The notes under the pieces were generated by a model. It was not told the origin of the DNA. It saw only the letters and a list, made by a program, of their open reading frames with translations, and did no database searches. From an uncultured Verrucomicrobiae bacterium (GTDB lineage: Bacteria > Acidobacteriota > Terriglobia > Terriglobales > Acidobacteriaceae), in contig OY970344.1 in assembly GCA_963717535.1 (NCBI GenBank), forward strand, positions 35,306 through 99,305: a stretch of DNA of 64,000 nt, given 5' to 3'. A program made the position numbers and the translations under genes. This document shows positions 18,235-24,645 of the stretch, piece after piece (position 1 is the first letter of the stretch; each line of letters opens with the position of its first letter).

Positions 18235-19677
18235 TTAGAAGTCGATGTGGGTTCGAACGCTGAGAACGGCGACGGGACCGCGGTCAAGGTTGTAACCGGG
18301 GTGGGCGATCAGTTGCGCATCCAGGGCGGTGAACAGACCGCGCCAGTTGTGGGCGTTGTAGTAGGTCTCCAGGATGTCTTCGCGTGCGTAGTGGAGGCGG
18401 CCATCCCCGAGCAGGAAGCCCTTGCCGCCGAGGGCGAGGTAGGTCTGGTGATCGCGCTTGATGGCGTTCGTCACGCCGACAACGCCGAACTTGTCATTGG
18501 GGCGGTTCCAGCGGTGGCCGGCCATGTCGGCCCCCGCTTCGAAGGTCTGGTCGACCTCCGTATAGGCGTAGCTCTCGTGCTGGCCCTCGTTCCAGCCGAA
18601 GCGGCCGAAGGCGCGCACGTCGGAGGTAAGGTCTTGCTCGAAGTTGAGGCCGAGCCCGTACTTCACTGTGCTGGCGGCAGCATGGGCGGTGATGACTGGG
18701 ACGGCGCTCCGGTCGGCGCTGACGCGCTCGGCAAGCGCTGCGTTAATGACGTTGCGATAGACGCCCATGTTGGCGTGATTGACGAAGCCGAGAAGACGAA
18801 CAGCACCTTCCAGATCCTTCCCGCCCTTGCGTCGCATCAGGCGGGCGAAGGGGGTTCGGCGATATTCAAGTTCGTAGTTTTCGCCCCGGGCCCGGCGCAG
18901 ATTCCAATCGAGGTCGATCCCGTTAGCGACGGTGGGCATCAGGGCGAGGCCGTAGCGGGCGGACCAGTTCTTGTCGTCGTACTCGGCGATCGCGGCGTAA
19001 GTGTAGCCGCGAGTGTCGGCCGCGTAGTCGTAGGCCCCGTTGTTGTCTACGGTCCAGTTCATGAACTGCAGGTGGGAATCGGAGCCAGGGCCGTTGAGGT
19101 CGAAGACGTCAGGTAGGCCCATGCGGCCGACGCGCAGATCGAGGCGCCGTACGGGAAGCTTGGTCGGCAGTGAGAGCGTTGTGCGAGGGCTGTCTCGTTC
19201 CTCCCCGGTAAAGCCGATCACCTGGTGGAGTTCGACGCGGGCGACATAAGGCTTGGGGCCGAGGTTGGGGTTGCGCACCACGTCGAGGTTGGTGAAGCCT
19301 GCGAGGCCGAGGGCCTCTGAAATACCGCGTCCCCCGGAGGACTCCACGTCAAAGATGAAGTCGGTGGCGTAGCGTGGATTCGGATTGAGCTGGAAACCGG
19401 TGAAAAGCGTGCCAAGGAGTGACGTCTTGTATTCACCACGGGCAAGCAGGGAGTTGGTGTCCGCATACGGTGAGTGGAAGCCAGGGTGGGACTGAAAGAT
19501 GATGTTGGCCTGGCCGGAGATGAGGTAACGGGTGGACTCCGGGTGGGCAAAGACGGTGGTCTCCTGCTGCAGGGGCACCTGAGTCTGGCTCTCCCCCGCA
19601 TGCTGGGCGAGACCGGTCGCGAGAGACAGGGGAGCCAGGAGTAGCGGCGCTAACTGGCGGAGGCGGGGTAAACGCAT
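18235..19677 (-). CDS. Outer-membrane porin, OprB/carbohydrate-porin clan (MnoP-like)
   Basis: Signal peptide, GFTNLDVVR, FMNWTVDNNGAYDYAADTRGYT, GFLLGDGRLHY..E...E.YY and a terminal RTHIDF beta-signal. Confidence 0.8.
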   Translation of the reverse strand: MRLPRLRQLAPLLLAPLSLATGLAQHAGESQTQVPLQQETTVFAHPESTRYLISGQANIIFQSHPGFHSPYADTNSLLARGEYKTSLLGTLFTGFQLNPNPRYATDFIFDVESSGGRGISEALGLAGFTNLDVVRNPNLGPKPYVARVELHQVIGFTGEERDSPRTTLSLPTKLPVRRLDLRVGRMGLPDVFDLNGPGSDSHLQFMNWTVDNNGAYDYAADTRGYTYAAIAEYDDKNWSARYGLALMPTVANGIDLDWNLRRARGENYELEYRRTPFARLMRRKGGKDLEGAVRLLGFVNHANMGVYRNVINAALAERVSADRSAVPVITAHAAASTVKYGLGLNFEQDLTSDVRAFGRFGWNEGQHESYAYTEVDQTFEAGADMAGHRWNRPNDKFGVVGVTNAIKRDHQTYLALGGKGFLLGDGRLHYAREDILETYYNAHNWRGLFTALDAQLIAHPGYNLDRGPVAVLSVRTHIDF

Positions 19678-19723
19678 GCGTGACGTAATCCGGGTGAGTT
19701 TGATCAGGCGTTGTTTCGGTACG

Positions 19724-19740
19724 ATACCCCCCTATGGTAT
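19724..19740. promoter_or_regulatory. CsoR/RcnR/FrmR-type operator
   Basis: ATACCCCCCTATGGTAT: ATAC(C)/(G)GTAT inverted arms flanking a six-C tract, in the short divergent gap between the porin and repressor genes. Confidence 0.75.
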
Positions 19741-19767
19741 ACAAAGGTGCATTAAAGGGTAGTGAAG

Positions 19768-20043
19768 ATGCCGGAGCTGGACAGGGAACGCGTCAAGTTG
19801 ATCAACCGGGCAAAGCGAATCCTTGGGCAGATGGGGAGGGTAGAGCGGAGCCTGTCGGAGAAGGACGAGTGTACGGAGGTGTTGATGCTGCTGGCCGCTG
19901 TTCGCGGTGGCATCGACGCGTTGATGGCGGAGGTGCTGGAGGATCATATCCGGCTGCATCTGCTCGATCGCGGCAAGGCCAAAGCGCTGACGCCGGAACT
20001 GGGCGAAGAGCTGATCGATTTGGTGCGGGCGTACATGAAGTAG
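19768..20043 (+). CDS. CsoR/RcnR/FrmR-family metal/formaldehyde-sensing repressor
   Basis: RAKRILGQ, ECTEVL...AAVRGG..ALMAEVLEDH. Counting from ATG 19768 gives Pro2, Cys35, His60 and His64. Confidence 0.92.
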   Translation: MPELDRERVKLINRAKRILGQMGRVERSLSEKDECTEVLMLLAAVRGGIDALMAEVLEDHIRLHLLDRGKAKALTPELGEELIDLVRAYMK

Positions 20044-20149
20044 CGGGACTTGACCCCAAGCGGGCCTTCGAAATAAGATCCAAGTACACGGGAAAGGAGG
20101 ATGGTCCAGCCTATGAAATTTGATTGTTCTAGTTGTTGCTTTACTGCAC

Positions 20150-20263
20150 GTGAGGTGACTGAGGCTTAGAGCTCCGCGCTCTAGACCTGACGGTCTGTTT
20201 TGTAAGAACAGTGAAGTCCCCGTCGAGGCCCATCCGAGTCGGATGCCCTCAAGTCAATCCCAC
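20150..20263 (+). ncRNA. Candidate structured non-coding RNA (unassigned)
   Basis: By-eye fold: closing stem 20150-20164/20247-20263 enclosing hairpin TAGAGC/GCTCTA, stem CCTGACGG/CCGTCGAGG with inner CTGTTT/GAACAG, and hairpin CATCCGA/TCGGATG. AT-rich promoter-like DNA upstream and a terminator downstream. Confidence 0.45.
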
Positions 20264-20276
20264 CAGATCACCGCAT

Positions 20277-20315
20277 AACGGCTCGTCTGCTTCGGCAGGC
20301 GGGCCGTTTGTGTTT
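20277..20315 (+). terminator. Intrinsic terminator-like hairpin
   Basis: AACGGCTCGTCTGC-TTCG-GCAGGCGGGCCGTT (14 bp with two G-U pairs, UUCG loop) followed by TGTGTTT. Confidence 0.65.
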
Positions 20316-20390
20316 GTGCTTGCAGGTTGATTGCTGGGGACGGGCTCGAGACGCGATGTCCGCCCGGAATGCACGGCGTAGGATTTAAGA

Positions 20391-21213
20391 ATGAGCAATG
20401 CGGTGATGGAGCGGGCTGAAGCGGTGAGCATGACTTCGGGTGCGGATGACCTGGTGATTGCAGGACGGCGCTTCCGGTCGCGTCTGATTGTTGGGACTGG
20501 AAAGTATAAGGATGGGCCGGAGACGAAGGCTGCGATTGAGGCTTCCGGGGCCGAGATGGTCACGGTAGCGGTGCGGCGCGTGAATCTCGACCGCTCGCAG
20601 GAAAGTCTGCTGGACTTACATCGATCCGGTGCGGTACTTCCTGCTGCCCAATACAGCTGGATGCTACACGGCCGAGGAGGCAATCCGGGCCGCCAGACTG
20701 GCGCGCGAGGTCGGGCTGTCCGACTGGGTAAAGATCGAGGTCATCGGCGATCAGGCGACCCTTTACCCCGACGTGCAGGCTACCGTTGAGGCGACAAGAG
20801 TTCTTGTGAAAGAGGGATTTACTGTTCTGCCGTATACCACGGATGACATCGTGTTTGCGAAGCGGCTGATCGACGTCGGTGCGGCAGCGGTGATGCCGCT
20901 TGGCGCGCCGATCGGGACGGGGTTAGGGATTGCGAACTCATACACGCTCCGGATGATGCGGGAGCTGATCACGGAGGTCCCGCTGGTCGTCGATGCAGGG
21001 CTGGGTACCGCGAGCGATGCGGCCCTTGCGATGGAGATGGGCTTCGATGCGGTGCTGTTGAATACCGCAATGGCAGGCGCAAAGAACCCTGTGCTGATGA
21101 GTTCAGCGATGCGCAAGGGGACGGAGGCTGGGCGGGAGGCGTTCCTGGCCGGCCGGATGCCGAAGAAGCTGTATGCGACTGCGAGTTCGCCGTTGGAGGG
21201 GATCTCGCGGTAG
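20391..21213 (+). CDS. thiG: Thiazole synthase, split by a +1 frameshift at about 20616 (probable sequence error)
   Basis: Frame 1: [10 protein letters not shown]...EMVTVAVRR. Frame 2: [39 protein letters not shown]. Removing one T from GACTTAC restores [16 protein letters not shown]. Confidence 0.93.
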
Positions 21214-21222
21214 GGCTGCGCG

Positions 21223-21741
21223 CTAATCCAGGGAGGCGAAGGTCTCTGTCAGGTCGACGTGTATTGGGGTGTTCGGCACAGTGAGTTGGGTTGGATCGGC
21301 TTCATGGAGGCCCGTGGCGTTGTAGGTGAAGGCGGCTCGGTAGATGGGATCGATGAGCCAGATGTTCTCGACACCCATAGCGAGGTAATCGGCGAGAACG
21401 AGCTTGGTGCGGCTGAAGCGGTCATCCGGAGAGAGCACCTCGACACAGATGAGTGGAGGAGTGGTGGTGACGGCCTCGCGGGGTGCGTCCGCACGGAGGA
21501 TGGCTACGTCACAGACGCGGACCTGGTTGGGGCGAACGCGGATGCGTTGTTCTACGACGGGGTCGGTGGCCCACTGCTTCGCATTCAGGGTGAAGATGTG
21601 GAAGAGCCAGCCTTGGATCTTGCCGTGTTCGTAGGTGCCCACGTTTCGCGCCTCGAGTCCCCCGTCCACGAAGTCGAGATCCGGCTTGTAACTGGTGTGA
21701 AGGTACTGGTCAATGGAAAGCGGGAGGGGAGCGGTCGCCAT
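21223..21741 (-). CDS. Uma2/DUF820 family restriction-endonuclease-like protein
   Basis: YKPDLDFVDG.LE, DVAIL...PLICVEVLSPDD and YLAMGVENIWLIDP. Confidence 0.88.
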   Translation of the reverse strand: MATAPLPLSIDQYLHTSYKPDLDFVDGGLEARNVGTYEHGKIQGWLFHIFTLNAKQWATDPVVEQRIRVRPNQVRVCDVAILRADAPREAVTTTPPLICVEVLSPDDRFSRTKLVLADYLAMGVENIWLIDPIYRAAFTYNATGLHEADPTQLTVPNTPIHVDLTETFASLD

Positions 21742-21783
21742 GGGTGCACCTCAGGGCCAGTGTAGACGGAGCGCGCTGTAGAA

Positions 21784-23265
21784 CTAAGCCACAACACCCG
21801 CGAGACTCGATCGGAGTGGGGCGAGGCGCGTCTGTTCGAGGTCGTCGCGGTAGAAGAGGTTGTAGGTGTCGAAGGGGATGAGGCGCTGGGCGTCGGGGTG
21901 GGCGATGTGGATGCAGGTCTTGCGGATGGAGCGCAGGTCGAAGCTGTCGGCGTCGATGAACTGAACGATGAGGATGCGGAAGAGGTTTTGGTACGAGAGG
22001 TTTTTGGGACTCAGGACCTGTGGCAGGCAGCATAGGAGATCGCGAAGGGTGCTGGCCTGGGACTGCGGCGAGTGATTGGTGGAAAAGAGCTTGAAGAGCC
22101 CTTCTTTCACCGGGTTTGCGGCGGCTTTGGCGAGCAACTCCGGGTTCCGGGCGAGGTGCGCGCGGATGCCGCTGTCCTGTTCATAGATGATGGTGTTGGC
22201 CGCGCCGTTGATGAGTACCTCGGGCGGAATGAGGCTGGTGAGTGGGGTGACGTTGCCTGCGAGTTTCAGGGCGTAGCCCATGGCGAGCGAGTCGGGGTGG
22301 CACGGAACGGGGATGATGTCTTCGGGCTTGAAGACGGAGGTCTGCTCGAGGATGCGACGCCGGACTTCGGTGAGGGTGAGTCGGTGCTGGGCGGGGTCGT
22401 AGCCGCCGAGGCGCCCGGCCTGTTGAACCGGCTGAAAGGTGACGCCCCGGATGCAGGGCTGTGTGAGAGCGAAGTCGACTATGGCGCCGAGTTCGGTGTC
22501 GTTGACGCCGCGCTCGACGGTGACGACGAGGGTCGTGGAGATGCCGAGTTCGTTGAGGCGGGCGAGGGCACGTTCGCGGATGCTCCGCAGGTCGGCGCCG
22601 CGGAGCTGCATCAGCGGATCGCGTTTGAGAGAGTCGAACTGGAGGTAGAGTTCGAAGCGGGGCATGTACGTGGCGAGGCGCTGGGCAAAGGCCGCGTCGG
22701 TGGCGATACGGATGCCGTTGGTGTTGACCATCAGGTGCTTGATGGGGCGCTGTTTGGCGGCGTCGAGGACCTCGAAGAACTGCGGATGGATGGTGGGTTC
22801 GCCGCCGGAGATCTGGACGATGTCAGGCTCCATCTCGTTGCGGACGATGGTGTCGAGCATGCGTTCGATCTGCTCGAGTGAACGATGCGTGGTGCGATGG
22901 GTGCCGCTTGAGGCGTAGCAGATGGGGCAGTCGAGGTTGCAGACGTCGGTGATCTCCAGCAGCGTGAGGCAGGAGTGCTGCTCGTGGTCGGGGCAGAGGC
23001 CGCAGTCGTAGGGGCAGCCGTATTTCACGGGTGTGTTGAAGTGCTGCGGCATCTCGGGTGGCTTGAGGAAGACTTCGCGGCAGCGGCGGTAGTAGTCGAC
23101 GTCGTCGGCCATGAGGATGCGCTGGAAGCCGTGGGTGGGGCAGCGCTTGAGCATGTAGACGTGATTGTCTTCGAAGACGATCTTGGCATCGACGCGGCGG
23201 AAGCAGGTCGCGCAAAGGGAGACCGCGGTGTCGTAGAAGAGGTAGGGGCGGGTGGGTGCGGTCAT
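21784..23265 (-). CDS. Radical SAM enzyme of the tetraether synthase (Tes/GDGT-MAS, MJ0619)-like family
   Basis: From ATG 23265: rubredoxin-like C18xxC21...C42PTH45, auxiliary GC84PYDC88GLC91PDH, radical SAM C109NLDC113PIC116, SGGEPT, NTNG, YLQFD, and C-terminal KTCIHIAHPD..LIPFDTYN. Confidence 0.85.
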   Translation of the reverse strand: MTAPTRPYLFYDTAVSLCATCFRRVDAKIVFEDNHVYMLKRCPTHGFQRILMADDVDYYRRCREVFLKPPEMPQHFNTPVKYGCPYDCGLCPDHEQHSCLTLLEITDVCNLDCPICYASSGTHRTTHRSLEQIERMLDTIVRNEMEPDIVQISGGEPTIHPQFFEVLDAAKQRPIKHLMVNTNGIRIATDAAFAQRLATYMPRFELYLQFDSLKRDPLMQLRGADLRSIRERALARLNELGISTTLVVTVERGVNDTELGAIVDFALTQPCIRGVTFQPVQQAGRLGGYDPAQHRLTLTEVRRRILEQTSVFKPEDIIPVPCHPDSLAMGYALKLAGNVTPLTSLIPPEVLINGAANTIIYEQDSGIRAHLARNPELLAKAAANPVKEGLFKLFSTNHSPQSQASTLRDLLCCLPQVLSPKNLSYQNLFRILIVQFIDADSFDLRSIRKTCIHIAHPDAQRLIPFDTYNLFYRDDLEQTRLAPLRSSLAGVVA

Positions 23266-23501
23266 TTGCGTAATCGGCCCAAGATGAGTCGGGCAATAGA
23301 GAGCAGGCCGATGATGAGCATGCCGAGAAGGCTGCTCCAGAAGAGGAAGGCACCAGTTTCGATGACGATTGGGGATACGCGCTCGTTGCCGATCAGGACA
23401 CCGATGCCACATGTGCCCACGCCAATACCCGCACCAATGCTGCAAAGCACAAGCGCTTTGGTGAAGTCGACGGCATCACTCTTCGCGAACTGCTCGAACA
23501 T
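23262..23501 (-). CDS. Small two-helix membrane protein with G-T-C-G-I box (79 aa)
   Basis: Its TGA overlaps the radical SAM ATG (ATGA at 23262-23265). Two hydrophobic segments. Aligns with the 23564-23860 protein. Confidence 0.75.
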   Translation of the reverse strand: MFEQFAKSDAVDFTKALVLCSIGAGIGVGTCGIGVLIGNERVSPIVIETGAFLFWSSLLGMLIIGLLSIARLILGRLRK

Positions 23502-23563
23502 GGGTCAGCGTGGGCCTGGGGAGTTTGGTTGAGTATACGGACAGGAGGCGCCTAGGGTGTGAG

Positions 23564-23860
23564 TCATGGCTTGCCGGACTTGAATCTGTCGAGCAGGACT
23601 GCGGTCAGCAGGCCCAACAGCGAGAAGCAAAGGCCCAACGCACCGACAAGCATTCCAAGAAGCTCGAGCGCACCCAGTGCGACCAGCACCACGCCTGCCG
23701 TGTTCCTGGCGGGGCTCGAGGAGGTGCCTCCGCGGGCGAGCCCGAACAAGTTGAAGCTGACGTAGTTGATGCCGCAAAGGCCAGCGGAGATCAGGAGAGC
23801 GACACCGAACAGAGTCGTGGCGCGGAACCAGACGTCGCGGTCGGTCCTGGAGCTAGACAT
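23564..23860 (-). CDS. Small two-helix membrane protein with G-L-C-G-I box (98 aa)
   Basis: Its ATG overlaps the Lgt-like stop (ATGTCTAG). Two hydrophobic segments. Paralogous to the 23262-23501 protein. Confidence 0.78.
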   Translation of the reverse strand: MSSSRTDRDVWFRATTLFGVALLISAGLCGINYVSFNLFGLARGGTSSSPARNTAGVVLVALGALELLGMLVGALGLCFSLLGLLTAVLLDRFKSGKP

Positions 23861-24608
23861 GCTCCAGTCCTTGCTCGGCGACCGCAGCGCCCTCAGGGCG
23901 ACGATCCGAGACCGCGTTGAACGCGACGAAGAAGAGGCCGAGCAGGCAGCCCCATTGAATCAGGTTCATGCCAAGGACCGTGGGTTGAGGCTTCAGAAAA
24001 TCGATCAGCAGGCGCCAGGTAAGGTAGGCGGCCATGAAGAGGCGAAACGTCGAGCCGTTGGTGTGGGAACGGCGGCTCTGCCAGTGGAGAAGGCCAGCGA
24101 GTGTCGTGAGGAAGACAATCTCATAAAGCTGGGTGGGGTGTCGGGGGATGCCGTCACCGAAGTCGACAGCCCACGGGAGCGTGGTGGGTTTGCCGAACGT
24201 ATCGTCCGCCAAGCCGGCGAGAAAGCAGCCGATGCGGCCGACGGCCACGCCGATGCAGAGAGGGAGGGCGAAGAGGTCGCCCGTGCGGGTGCGGATGTTC
24301 TGGATCTTTTTGGTGAACTCGACGACCAGCCAGCCGCCAAGCAGGCCACCGACGATGGTCTTGCCACCGCCGGGCAGCAGGGCTTGCGTCCAGGTGATGT
24401 GAATGCGGGGTGCCTGCTCCAGTAGACCGAGCAGACGGCTGCCGAGGAGTGCGCCTACTGTTGCTGCGGCGATGATGCTCCAGCGCTGCTGCTGGCTGAG
24501 CACGTCGCCGGCGCTACGGCGTCGACGTTTGTAGGTCGCGAAGCCAAGTACGTAGCCCAGCGTCTCAAAAAGAGGGTGAAGCGCGGGAAGGGGGTGCAGG
24601 TGAAGCAC
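23853..24608 (-). CDS. Prolipoprotein diacylglyceryl transferase-like protein (divergent Lgt paralog)
   Basis: GRIGCF, FGKPTTLPWAVDF, RHPTQLYE and Y..WR..IDF. The SFHGG motif is replaced by KTIVGG. Confidence 0.88.
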   Translation of the reverse strand: MLHLHPLPALHPLFETLGYVLGFATYKRRRRSAGDVLSQQQRWSIIAAATVGALLGSRLLGLLEQAPRIHITWTQALLPGGGKTIVGGLLGGWLVVEFTKKIQNIRTRTGDLFALPLCIGVAVGRIGCFLAGLADDTFGKPTTLPWAVDFGDGIPRHPTQLYEIVFLTTLAGLLHWQSRRSHTNGSTFRLFMAAYLTWRLLIDFLKPQPTVLGMNLIQWGCLLGLFFVAFNAVSDRRPEGAAVAEQGLEHV

Positions 24609-24645
24609 ACTGAGGAGTTTAGCGCGCCGTGTCGACGCCGGTGGC

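Noticed and set aside
20150-20265. tRNA-, tmRNA-, SRP- or 5S-like identity, suggested by the CCACCA end, ACCTGA/AGTGAA words and ~115-nt length
   Set aside because: No T-loop GTTCRA, no GGAA-capped SRP helix 8, and the 5S loop C/E motifs do not line up.
20100-20390. TPP riboswitch expected upstream of thiG
   Set aside because: No CUGAGA or ACCUGAU...UAA...GCG core is visible. Recorded as an unassigned RNA instead.
20600-20640. Programmed ribosomal frameshifting as the explanation for split thiG, VWA, kinase and CocE
   Set aside because: No slippery heptamers or stimulatory structures at the sites, and the doubled-base pattern fits sequencing error.
21223-21741. Uma2 nuclease as part of a defence system
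   Set aside because: It is solitary, with no methylase, ATPase or toxin partner. The family is commonly multicopy in this lineage.
23559-23765. Alternative 68-aa plus-strand and 90-aa minus-strand ORFs overlapping the microproteins
   Set aside because: They lack coupling to neighbouring genes and membrane character. The 98-aa and 79-aa frames are supported by start/stop overlaps and mutual similarity.
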